From the NCBI GenBank assembly GCA_964035545.1, contig OZ037769.1:7917929-7981928 (forward strand): a stretch of DNA of 64,000 nucleotides. The letters run 5' to 3'. The stretch comes from Bugula neritina. Taxonomy: Eukaryota; Animalia; Bryozoa. Every line of letters starts with the position of its first letter. Within the stretch, counting starts at the first letter, position 1. A program made the position numbers and the translations under genes. Under the pieces are notes generated by a model, which saw only the letters and a program-made list of their open reading frames with translations, made no database searches and was not told the origin of the DNA. Below, piece after piece: positions 1-14,956 of this stretch.

Positions 1-59
1 CCATCATCACTATGACTGGTAAAAATAAAATTGAAAGTGTTTTGTCAGCCTTACAAGGT

Positions 60-1140
60 TAGTATTACTATCAACTATGTCTATTACTATTAGTATTAGA
101 TTTAGTATTATTAGTATTAGTATTAGTATTACTATTAGTATTACTCTATTACTATTAGAGTATTAGTATTACTATTGCTATTAGTATAAGTATAACATTA
201 ACTTATAACTATAAGTATAACAATGCAATAACAATAACTATTACTATAGTATAAGTATAAGTACAAGTCACTTATTAAGTGTAAGACTAAGAGTAAGTGT
301 TACTGTTAGTGTTAGTGTAACTGTAAGTATTAGTATAATTAAATTTCCAATTTATTAACTATAATCTAAATATTACAATAAAATTAAATATTATTATTAA
401 TTATAAGAATCCTATGAGTATGTCATAGTTTACTTTGATTATCAGTATCAGTATGACTATGAGTCTGACTATTTAGTTTTACTATGCAATAAACTTATTT
501 AATTTTTATTTTATAATCATAATATTATAATTAATACCCAATCATTCATGAGTCAGATTGAGATTAAGTCAAGCTCAATAATAATAATAATAATAATAAT
601 GACTATGAGCAATCAGGAAAACTTAACAGTAAAATTAAATCTAATTGAATTTATCTTAAATTTATGACATTGACATTCAGTTTCACATTAAGTTTAGGTG
701 TTTATCATTATTACTATAAATGTTATTAAAATTATTATGATTAAATTAAAGCAATAATCATAATGATAATAATAATAATAAATTTATAATGTTAATTATC
801 AGCTCCAGTTATCTGATTGCGATTATGATAATGACTCATTATCATTATGATTAGGCTTATAACATCAACTATCACTATTAAAATAAAAGAACATTAAAGT
901 GTAGAAATACTCTTACTATTAGTATAACTATAAGGCTAGATATTTAAATTTACTTTTACTTTTAGCTTTACTATTAGTATTAGTGTTTTATATTGTTTTC
1001 TATGCTCATAGTCATACTGACACTGTATAGTGTATAGTGTAGTATAACTAAATCAGCTTTATAGCAAATTATTATAATTTTAAGTATAAAACTAAATATT
1101 AAGATAAATGTAATATGTTGGCCTTAAGCCTATAACTATT
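60..1140. repeat. Low-complexity AT-rich simple-repeat domain (TAGTAT/TATAAC/TAA-like)
   Basis: Degenerate 3/6-nt periodic repeats, upstream of the PPP4R2 coding exons. Confidence 0.75.
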
Positions 1141-1311
1141 GTATTGTTGTGCGGAGCACAATGTTTGTGTGGGGTTTTAGTGAGCAATATGCATCTAGTC
1201 ACAAGCAGTTCACTGATATTTTCGTGTGTAAGACTTTATTATAAAACTATACAATATGGCGTAAAAATCTCTATAAGTATTAGCACAGGGTTACTTATCA
1301 TCATGGCAAGT

Positions 1312-2301
1312 ATACGCTAACTAACTAAGAATAAATTGTCTACTTGGCTTCATCCAATAACTGCCAATCACTCTCTGATTGGCAGGGGGGATACGCATGA
1401 GGCGTAAGCCACGCCCCATTACACCGCCCCCCCCAGCAGGAAGCATACCTTCCTGATATACACCCAAAAAATAAAATCAAAAAAAAATAAAACTTTGCTA
1501 CATAAAACAAAACCAAAAAAATATAAGATTCGAATGGCAGGTATGGCAAATATTTCCAAAGGGGTTTACACACTATTGAGCAGACTTATTTTGGCATAAG
1601 AAAAATATAATAGTAATACAACAGGACAATATAATCACAGGTACGGAGATTGTGCAACACCAACTAGAGACAGTCCAAGGAGGGGAGAGGAACGGAGAGG
1701 GAGAGGTTGTTACCACCTGCAGGTGTGGATAGTCAGAGGAGTGAAGAGGGAGGGTACTGCTACTATCAGTCATGGTCGCCCCGTTTAAGGAGGGCCAGGG
1801 AAGCTTTAAGGGTCTTCATCTCGGAGGCGGCTGCGGCAACTCTGGGGCTTAGCCGTTGAATCCCCGCTTCTAAATCGTACATGCGGAGCTCGACTTCTTT
1901 TATATTGCGAGCTGTAGGGGCCTGCCGTTTTGGGGAGGAGGGTTTCCATCGCCGTTTAGAAGAGGGTTGCATAGGAGTGGGGGAAGGGGAACGTCGTTTC
2001 GGAGGTATCTCCACTCTGTGAAGTAGGACTCGAGGCAGGGTAGAAGGACGAGGTACAGTCTGTGCGGGAGGAGAGTGAGGTGGCTTGGTTGGTTTCTTAT
2101 GTCTGGGGGGTCTTGGACACGGTCCATGAGTGATGAGGCGATGTGAGGGGAATCCGTGCTTGAGTCGTTTGAAGCGGGGAAGATCCTTGATACGCTAACT
2201 AACTAAGAATAAATTGTCTACTTGGCTTCATCCAATAACTGCCAATCACTCTCTGATTGGCAGGGGGGATACGCATGAGGCGTAAGCCACGCCCCATTAC
2301 A
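1312..2301 (-). mobile_element. Miniature non-autonomous LTR element (TRIM-like or internally deleted)
   Basis: Identical 112-bp direct repeats at 1312-1423 and 2190-2301. On the minus strand they start TGTAAT, with a G-rich PPT-like tract (GGGGGGGGCGG) abutting the 3' repeat. Candidate TSD GTAT (1310-1313/2302-2305). GC-rich interior, no gag/pol, no recognisable PBS. Confidence 0.75.
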
Positions 2302-2513
2302 GTATTTACATTTTGAATTAATAATAAATTCTATATCAATTTGTTTTAATAGTGAATTGACAAATAATTTTCAATATTATTTATCTTTTTAATTTTACTG
2401 AGTGAATTAGGAAAACAAGCAATAAATTCAGATATATAATTTTCCAGCGGTGCCGTAGCAGTATAATAACACTAACTGCAGAAAATTCTAATTGAAATAT
2501 AACTATTTGTTAG

Positions 2514-5500
2514 ATGTTGTTTGTAGTAGAAAATGAATTGCTGGGTAGGTTGTGACCAGAAGCTATATGATAGCTGCTAACTGATATATTTTATACCTGT
2601 ATACATTTAAGTTGATGGTTGGAAACACAGTGATAGGCAATGACAGGATTGTGCTGTTATTCATTGAATTTTCGGATTTTATAAATCTGAATTTGGAGTG
2701 AGTTCAGTTGTTAATTTTCAATAACCCAAAAAAGTGCACAGTTTGAAGTTGTAAATATTGATAGACATTTAATTATTGTACATAGTGCTGCTAGGTAGTC
2801 AATGGCCTTTGAAGAATTATTATTAGTGCCTTTTTCTGGCTACACTTTTGGATACAATAATTAATTTTATTTTACAATTTTTTTTAGTTTTATTGCTTTA
2901 TATTGCTTTTGTCGTGATCTATTTATGTAGTTGTCTATTCAACTAATGATTATTTATTCTCCTTTTAAGAATTCAAAACAAGCTTTGAACTAGCAAAAGC
3001 TGCCGCACCTCTAAACGCCACAGGCTCTTCTGGAAACTCGGATAAACCTGTACCTACTCTAGAAATTACTAGCTTGTTACAAGAGTACCTGAAAGAGGTT
3101 TCCAAGTCTGGAGTTACTTTGTAAGATATTTCTTTATATGCCTGTGGTTATTTGTGAAGAACAAAATTTAATTTTCTACACACTTATTTTGTTTAAAAAT
3201 TGGCTACAGCTTTCAAAATTTTAACTTATTTTAACAGGTATTTTGAATTCAATTTTGAGGTTTTGTAAGCTGGTTATTTTATGTTAAGTATAGTTATTTT
3301 TTGTAAAGTAAGTTAAATTTCTTGTTATTTGATTGCCGGGTAATGTTGGTGTATGTTTATTAACCTCGGGTATTTAATTTTAACTTGTCAAATCCTTAGC
3401 CCGATTTAACAAAAAACTTTTTCATCAGGGGCGCCTCACAGGGATGGCAACTATAAACTTGAGTGAGTTTTTATTTAAATTTAACTTTTTTGTTAGAGTT
3501 TATAGTAATTACAGCCAAGCTTGAATCTGCCAGTGAAAAGTCACATCTCAGCAAAACTCGTGTTACTATTAGCTATGTTTTCAGGCACCCATGGAAGGTA
3601 GTCAAACCCCTCTTTTTATGTAAGATGGACCAAGTTATGAGATGGTATGATAGCAAACAGCCTTTGAATAAAGTTCCTGCTATGCCCAACTCCACAGAAC
3701 AAACTTTCAAAGTTTTCTACACTAGAATATTGCAATCTGCTAACTCCTTCAAACAGTTAGTATTCTGTTTATTATGTTCTATTCTTGACCAACTATAAAT
3801 ATTACTCGAAGATTTTAACACAGGTTTTACTAAGTAATGTTCTTTCATGTTGTGCAGAAGGCGGAAAAGTATCCATGCAACTACTATTTATTTGCAGTTG
3901 ATATGCTAGAAAACTGGTGTAGCAATTCGAATTTATTTAGTTGTCAAATTTGGATCTATTTTTCTGTGAACCCTGTTAATTATTTATGTTTCTAAAATCA
4001 ATTGGGTGGAAGCGTTCTTCAAGAGCAACAGTCACTGAAAGTGTGTTGGCACTTGACCGTAATTTGTTATTCAAGTTTTTGCAATTTACCTGGTGTATAT
4101 GTAGAGCCCCTTTCACAGTGCAGCGGCTGTGTGAGCTCCTCTGCTACCCTGAGCAGCACTATAAGAGAATAGACAAGTTTCTACACGCACTGGAGAAGAA
4201 CATTAGTGTTGTTACTACAGTAGATGAAGAGAGCAGGTGATACTCCTCTATCATAATAAATTGTGTGAAGTTTCCTGCATATTATAGTATCATAGTTTTT
4301 GGATGGATAGTGTTTAACATTAATCTTATGTAATTATTGTAGCTCATTTGCCTACATTCTGATAGTTATCACTTATCTGCTAGTGTCCGCTTTGCCATGT
4401 ACACCATTTCTTTAATATAGCATAAACACTAATACCAGAGCCAACCTGCATCATGCTGAGCTGGGTAATATCTTTAATTTACACAGTTTTCATGCACATA
4501 GGAAAATCTGCACTGGCTCTGAGCTAGATACTGGACCCGAGCAGACTGACAAGGTGTTGGCTTTGTTTAATTGGATGCACGCTACTCAAGACATTGATAA
4601 CACTGAGAATATGAAGCCTCCTGAGAACAAAGAATTCCAGCTGCCAGAGTCATCAACATCTGCGGGAGAGAGCAGCTCACACACGGAGCACATTTCATCG
4701 TCTTCAGAGGTTGATGCAAACAACTCAGCCACTGCCCTCACACCTCACCTCTCTAGCAAATCACTCAAAAGATGTCTCGGGAATGGTGATTCACAGAATG
4801 CTGATGCCAAGCGTGTAAAACTGGAGTCTGACACATCTGAGTCTAGTGTGGTGGAGAATTCACCTTCAAAAGATAGTGTTCAGTCTGGAGCAGAGGCTAC
4901 TGTAAGCTCTTCTCGTTCGCAGGAGAATTGTGGTAATGACCCGTCTGCCTCGCCAAGCAGTTCGTCTGAGGCTGTCCATGACAGTAGTAACAGTAGGTGA
5001 GTTAACAGTAGTAACAGTGTGTGAGTGAACAGTAGTAACAGTGTGTGAGTTAACAGTAGTAACAGTAGGTGAGTTAACAGTAGTAACAGTAGGTGAGTTA
5101 ACAGTAGTAACAGTAGGTGAGTTAACAGTAGTAACAGTAGGTGAGTTAACAGTAGTAACAGTAGGTGAGCTAACAGTAGTAACAGTAGGTGAGTTAACAG
5201 TAGTAACAGTAGGTGAGTTAACAGTAGTAACAGTAGGTGAGCTAACAGTAGTAACAGCCGGTGAGTTAACAGTAGTAACAGTAGGTGAGCTAACAGTAGT
5301 AACAGTAGGTGAGTTAACAGTAGTAACAGTAGGTGAGTTAACAGTAGTAACAGTAGGTGAGTTAACAGTAGTAACAGTAGGTGAGTTAACAGTAGTAACA
5401 GTAGGTGAGTTAACAGTAGTAACAGTAGGTGAGTTAACAGTAGTAACAGTAGGTGAGTTAACAGTAGTAACAGTAGGTGAGTTAACAGTAGTAACAGTAG

Positions 5501-6729
5501 GTGAGTTAACAGTAGTAACAGTAGGTGAGTTAACAGTAGTAACAGTAGGTGAGTTAACAGTAGTAACAGTAGGTGAGCTAACAGTAGTAACAGCCGGTGA
5601 GTTAACAGTAGTAACAGTAGGTGAGTTAATAGTAGTAACAGTAGGTGAGTTAGCAATAATACTGGTTGATAATATTGTAAAAGATAAAGTTGTGCAATGC
5701 TGTAGCCTGTACTGAGATTTTACTATAGAACAGCCATCGCTGTGAATGTGTTCTAAACCATGTTGTGTATGCTACAAATATTAGTCTTGGTTCCCTTTGA
5801 AATTTTTAGAACATTGATTTTTATTATTTTTAGAATAGAAAACTTTATATTCATTTCATAAGTGAAATTGGATGTTTGTCCCAGTGTCTTTTCTAAGGTT
5901 AACTCTTATGATCTGATGAATACCAGATGGTTCTGCAGGCCATTAGCCCATGAATGCTGTCACTGACACTGGCTATTTTAGTGAACTAGGTTAAATATGG
6001 TATAGACAGAGCGCAGTACTGAAATTTAGTTTCTAAAGTTTAGATAAGTTCTGAAGAATCTTATAGCGATATGTTTTTATACATGACTCACTATTCTAGT
6101 AACAGTGCAAGGGACCACACTGTAAACATATTTAGGCATTGAATAATTGTTTAAACTTTAGCAATGATGACAACACATCCGGAGACTGTGATAGCATAAG
6201 TGACTCAACTTCTGCCGACACGGTTGACCAAGACGACCTTCCACAGAGTAACACCATGACGGCTGAAACAAGCACATTGCAGACACCTGCCGCTGATCAA
6301 CCTGCCGACGTGCCAACTTCTGATTCCAATCTGAATCAAACTTCTAGTGTGACTGACTCTGTAGAAGCTAAGGGCACTTCTCTGCCTGAGGCTACAAGCT
6401 CACCTGAAAGAGAGGCTGACCAGCCTAACTTATCTGCGGGTAGGCAATTCTCAACTGTCATATGTAATCTAGATACATTGAGTAACACGGCTTTGCCAGC
6501 ACACACTGTAACTTCTTGGCGAAATCTCATTTATTTAACCAGATTTATTATAACTTGTCTAACTAATTCATAACAGCCTTGTTGTGTTTTTGTTAAACTA
6601 CATTATTGTTAAAGCTGTTTATGGTCAGATTAAGCTAGTCTGTTTAACAACACTCCCTGAAAACTTGCTCTGATAATTATTTCTGCAATATCTTTGCTAT
6701 GCTTGCTTGCAGATACTTCAAGCAACTGA
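2514..6729 (+). CDS. PPP4R2: Serine/threonine-protein phosphatase 4 regulatory subunit 2 (spliced)
   Basis: Phase-compatible GT-AG exons ~2514-2544 (start tentative), 2970-3120, 3585-3755, 4105-4236, 4502-4996, 6162-6439, 6713-6729. Motif APFTVQRLCELL..P..HY....KFL.ALEKNI.VV, long Ser/acidic tail, AATAAA ~6945. Confidence 0.88.
3388..3468 (+). mobile_element. 5'-truncated copy of the tRNA-derived SINE
   Basis: Matches the 3' half of the copies at 12297 and 32791 (tccttagccc...cacagggatggcaactataaacttg). Confidence 0.8.
4981..5652 (+). repeat. 24-bp minisatellite, 28 units (ACAGTAGTAACAGTAGGTGAGTTA)
   Basis: Near-perfect tandem array; the first unit spans the PPP4R2 exon/intron junction. Confidence 0.97.
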
Positions 6730-7150
6730 ATTGAGTGAGAGAAATGGTCTACTCTGCTGACATGATAGAACTATTGGATATTTCATGTATATTTTTACAT
6801 GCTTGCAATTTTACTATTCTAATTTTGCTCTTTCAAACCCTAATGCAGTTGATGCTGCTTTGTATATACTTTTTATACATTTACTTGTACATAAAACTTT
6901 AGTTCAATTTAGGTTTAGTGAAAATTACACAACTTTTTTGTCGTAATAAACATCAATATTTTTTGTTATTATAAAAAACTTGAGTTTTTATTAAAACAAA
7001 ATTGAATATAGCTATCAAGTCTACATATTGTATCACTTATAATATGATATAGAAACTGTAAAAAAATAATTACCAAAATAACTATATTATATATATAATA
7101 AAATATTCTATAAATAGTCTGACTGAGCATATTGTGTCTAAAGTTTCACT

Positions 7151-10318
<3,168 letters not shown>

Positions 10319-10719
10319 ATTCTATAGTAGTAACTGCCACTTGTCCTGAAAGTAAATAATGAACTAAAAATAATGGTTATAACTTATAAATATAACAGCA
10401 TTACCTATTTAAGTTACTGTTAGGTAACTAAATTCAAATTGGCAATTAATGTTTTGCTTTAAAGTTTAAGTGAACATAATTAAGACAATAATTCAGTGCA
10501 ATTGATTAGTAGTAAAAACTGAGCGGCTATGAATATTTTATAACACCAACACTAACAGTAACAATACTTACTGATAATTATAATTACTTAATAGTAATAT
10601 GAACAAATCCGAAAGACAACAAAAACTCCAGGTCTAATTTAGAATAAAAGTCAGTAGCTGCATGTCCAAGTAAAAGTGTATTATTGACTAAAAGTAAATC
10701 AATCTAATACTATTTCTAA

Positions 10720-10970
10720 TTATGCTAACAGTGAATGCTAAGCCTAATGTAATACTAATACTAATAGTAATAGTAATAGTAATACTAATAGTAATACCAA
10801 TGGCAATAGTAATACTATTAGTAATACTAATAGTAATTAATACTATTAGTATTAGTATTACTAATAGTATTACTTATACTAATACTAAAAGTATTACTGT
10901 AATAGCAATAATAAAATTAAAACTAAATGTAATACTAGTAGTAGTACTACTAGTAGTAGTAGTTATAGAA
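10720..10970. repeat. (TAA/TAG/TAC)n simple repeat
   Basis: Visible directly; explains spurious ORF 10722..11006. Confidence 0.85.
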
Positions 10971-11039
10971 ACCCAAACTAGAAACTTCAACTTACTTAAA
11001 GTGTAACTTTAGAATAAAAGAGTAAGCGTTTTACTAACT

Positions 11040-11660
11040 GCAGCATCAACTAAATAATAACTTTAAGAAGATCACATTTTATACTTCAGCAGAGATGTCA
11101 TAATACTTTTTCCTTGTTTTGCGCGGTGGTGCAATAAAATATTTATATTCCGTAATACAGATTACGAAAAGGAAACTAAAAGAAGTAAAACTGAAACAAC
11201 GCTATCACCAAGTGGTGAAATTGCGAGTACTATTGATTGATCAGCTTATTGTATTTACGGAAAGATAACGACATCATACGCAATAAATATTGGACGCGAA
11301 GTAACATTTCAAACCTGCAAAAATGTTCTTGTTTCGTGTGGGTGTTATACGCCTTTCGACATCGTTGTGTTTATTTTACCAAAAGGTGATGTAGGCTATA
11401 AAATATGCTTTGATCCATTGAACTATAATAGTTTCAGTTCAGTGCTTTGACCCCCCAAAATTGTTCTATAAGCAGCCCCAAGTTAGGGATGAATAAGTAC
11501 AGTAGTTTCGCGTTCTCGAGCCTTGGAAAGACCCAAGTTAGAGAATCTTAAAGTACTGCACTCATCCAGCCCCAAGTTGGAGCTGCTTATAAACAAGTTT
11601 CAAATCTCGATTGCGTTAAACAACCTGCGCCACTCCGGCGAGTATGTTTGTTCCCACTAT
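11040..11660. promoter_or_regulatory. Probable divergent promoter / 5' region shared by the LENG9-like (-) and DnaJ (+) genes
   Basis: Relatively CpG-enriched stretch between head-to-head genes, flanked on both sides by simple repeats; TSSs not determinable. Confidence 0.4.
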
Positions 11661-11869
11661 AGTCAAGTACAAATCAGGTTGATATAACCACTGAAATGGA
11701 ATACGATGATGTATTCCAATTAATGTAACTCAAGTTTGTACCAAAGGGTTATATTCAATTAATTGGAATGCACTCTAATGATGATCATTGTATTTCATTT
11801 CAGTGGTTGAATCAAAATGAAAATGAATAAAATTTATTAATCATTTAAATTTTAATATCTTAGTCTAAT

Positions 11870-12270
11870 GACTAACTCTAAGACTAAGTCTAATGACTCA
11901 ATGAGTATGACTATGACTTACTCTTAGAATATGAAAGTGAATATGAGTATCAGTATGACTATCACTATGACTTATGAGTATGACATTGTGATTGAGTTTG
12001 ACTATCAGTATCAGTAAGACTAAGTCAAAGTGTGAGTGTCAGTATGAGTTTCGCCATTAGTATCACTTTAGTAATACTAATAGTATGACTATGAACTCAC
12101 TATGAGTATGACTATCAGTATTACTATGAGTCTGAGTATGACTACGAGTATCATAATATAAATATAAATCATATGATACTCATAATGAGTATAACTATAA
12201 CTATAAGTATAAGTAACATTAACAAGAGTAGTACGACTTTAAGTACAACTACAATACAATTACAAGTGAA
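11870..12270. repeat. Low-complexity (AGTATG/ACTATG)n-like domain
   Basis: Degenerate 6-nt periodic repeats. Confidence 0.75.
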
Positions 12271-12296
12271 TAATTTTAAGGATAATTGTTATGTTA

Positions 12297-12506
12297 GGGA
12301 GCAGCCGTGGTCTAGGGGTTAAAGCGTTTGCTTTGTGAACACGAAGTTGTGGGTTCGAACCCCGACAAAGACCATTGGTGATGTTAGGAAGAGCATCCAG
12401 TCATAATTGCTCCTGTGCCTCATTTAAACAAGTCCTTAGCCCGTTCTAGCAAAAACCCTTACCATCAGGGGTTTTTCACAGGGATAGCGACTATAAACTT
12501 GCGTGA
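12297..12506 (+). mobile_element. tRNA-derived SINE, full length
   Basis: A-box-like TGGTCTAGGGG, B-box GGTTCGAACCC, non-tRNA body, flanking duplication GTTATGTTA; two more copies in the window. Confidence 0.88.
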
Positions 12507-12854
12507 GTTATGTTATAATATTTTTATAATGCTACTATACAAGTTTTCAGAAAAAAAGCTATAAAAAGCTTTTAGGTAAATAGCTAATGTTATTTGTATA
12601 TGGTTAGAGTTCATCCCAGATAGACGCTTCCCAGTTAGAGGCTAGGCTAAATTTCCCAGTTAGACGCTATTTTTATTTTGGTACCATAATAATGTATATA
12701 ACTGTTGTACAGATTGTTACATAGCTAATATGTTAATTATAGCTAAAATAGCTAATATAAAATATCTGGAATAATAGCCCACTTTTCACGGATTTGTGTG
12801 GGGGCAAAAACAGTTATAAATTAATAATAGACATTCTTTTTAATAAATACTTAT

Positions 12855-13371
12855 TGTAATGGATTTTAACGCTCTAGTAGTTATATCGCATCATTATTAT
12901 AATTGACTTAGCGTAAGTTTCTAAATACTGATCAGCTGTTGTAATTATAACTAAGCTCTTAGCGTAGTGATTTTGAATTGCCTTTCTATTTATATTGTTT
13001 GTTTTTAAGTTACTGTAATAGTTTTTGAAGTTATGTTTCCCCGCCACTTCTTTTTGTTGAGATATATAAATAAGTATGTGAGCCGAAGCTCGTCCGAAGT
13101 CGGGGCCTGTCCGAGATCGGACAGAGTCCTTCCGACATCGGTCAGCGAAACTCCAAACTTCGTATGAGCTTCGGACCCCCACCAGTGGCGGGAATTTTTG
13201 CAGTATATAAGTGCGAGTTTTTCCAGTCTAAATCAGTACTGCGCTGGAGCTGATACAAGAAGGAACCAATAAAGACTACTAATTGCAACTTATCAAAGAC
13301 TCTTTATTCAAGAATAATAATTGGCATGCAGACTACTTAGTCTATTTCATACAACCCGCAAAATCATAACA
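12855..13371 (+). mobile_element. Solo LTR (517 bp)
   Basis: TGTAAT...ATAACA ends, 4-bp TSD TTAT, TATATAA ~13204, AATAAA ~13268, GC-rich core. Confidence 0.78.
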
Positions 13372-14956
13372 TTATTAACGGAATATTTTTTCAAATAACA
13401 AGAAGTATAGAATATGCAAAATTAATAAGTTAATGCAGTTCAAAGGAATTTATTTATGTTCTAAATAGCAAGCAATTAATCCAAATTCATTTAAATATAC
13501 GTATATTTGAATAATATTCAAATAAATTGTACATAAAATTTATATTGTCTCAAAATAAATAAATAGCATCTAACTGCGAAGCGTTTATCTGGGATGACAC
13601 CTATGGTTATACTGGTTTCGGTTTTACTACTAGCAAGCTAACAATAACGTGTCCTTGTTGTAATCAAACTTATTTATCATAATCCTACAATAATGATAAC
13701 AATTTAGAGTTTAGACTATTATATTCATAATGATGAGTTTATCGTAGTCATATTAATCATTATCATAATGATAAAGATCATAATTACAATTAGAATAAAG
13801 CCATGATAATCATATTGATAATATTGAGATACCGTCAGAGCCAAACAAAAACATCATTAGCCATGAGCACATAATGTATTCTAAAACAAAATTGTTTGAC
13901 ATACATTAAACTCTCAAATAGTATCGATAGTTAATACATATATGTATATTTTAAAAATTCATAAATGTAGTGTGCCAGGATTCTTTCATGATAAGTAAAA
14001 GTAGATAGATAATTTAGTTTTACATTTCACAGGCTTTAGAATTAAAATAAAAAGTGAAATATCTCATCTGAAATATTAAAATTTCAATTTGAATTTGTTT
14101 TAAGCTGTAAGATTTCATTATATTATTACCTTCTCCTAGGCTATGTTGATATTATTTCTAGTTAGTGTTATATTTATAGTGTGAGTTTATGTGGTTAAAT
14201 CAATGTTACAGGTTTAATAAGTAATTGTAATGTGATAAGGCATATTTTAGGGTTTACAAAACTTTTTAGCAATTGAAGCTTACATTCACAGGTCTCAACT
14301 CTGCTCAGAAAACAGAAAAATTATCTCAATTTCTTATCTCATGTTTTGTGCAGGAGAGCTTTTTAGCCCTAGACTGGATAGTTGTTCCAAAATACCGAGA
14401 TTGATAGTAAAAATATGTCCCACCTTGCTAATTAGGCAGTAAAATCAAACATCGCTTGTCACTTTCACTGGTATTGATAGCCTGGCAAGCATGTTGAGCA
14501 GCTATGCACTCAACTAGAACTGTTTTGGCCTTCATGTCAAACGCATTGCCATGTCGGCACGATTTATTGGTGGCATAAGCAACAAATTGAAATTAATAAA
14601 CTATATCACAATGCTGTTGATAACTTCTATGATTTTACGTTGTATGTTCTATATTCAAACACTAGGAATAAGTTTAAAAAGCTCCATTTACCTTATTTGG
14701 TTGTAGTAGTAAGTCATCTTAACTCACCACTTTGTCTTCATTACCCTTTGTCATAGCAATGTTTTTTATTTATTAAATTGGTTGGGAGACCTTCTGGCTT
14801 TGGTGTATAGACTAGAAGCTGATTTCAATCATTTCCACATTCATTCTATCAGCTGTTGTTGCAATAGTTGCTATAATATGCAATCTGTATAATTTCATTT
14901 GTAGGGTGGACCAATAATGTCCCTTCAGCTCTCTACATTAGTGAGCAAATAATGTG

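Noticed and set aside
4880-5715. Long ORFs (LLLLLTH)n and (GELTVVTV)n; possible CRISPR array
   Set aside because: Translation artefacts of the 24-bp minisatellite; no spacers, eukaryotic context
10722-11006. Hydrophobic 94-aa ORF
   Set aside because: Trinucleotide repeat translation
12298-12370. tRNA gene
   Set aside because: Poor acceptor stem, continues into a repeated body with TSD: a SINE head
12874-13182. 102-aa minus-strand ORF
   Set aside because: Lies within the solo LTR; no protein motif
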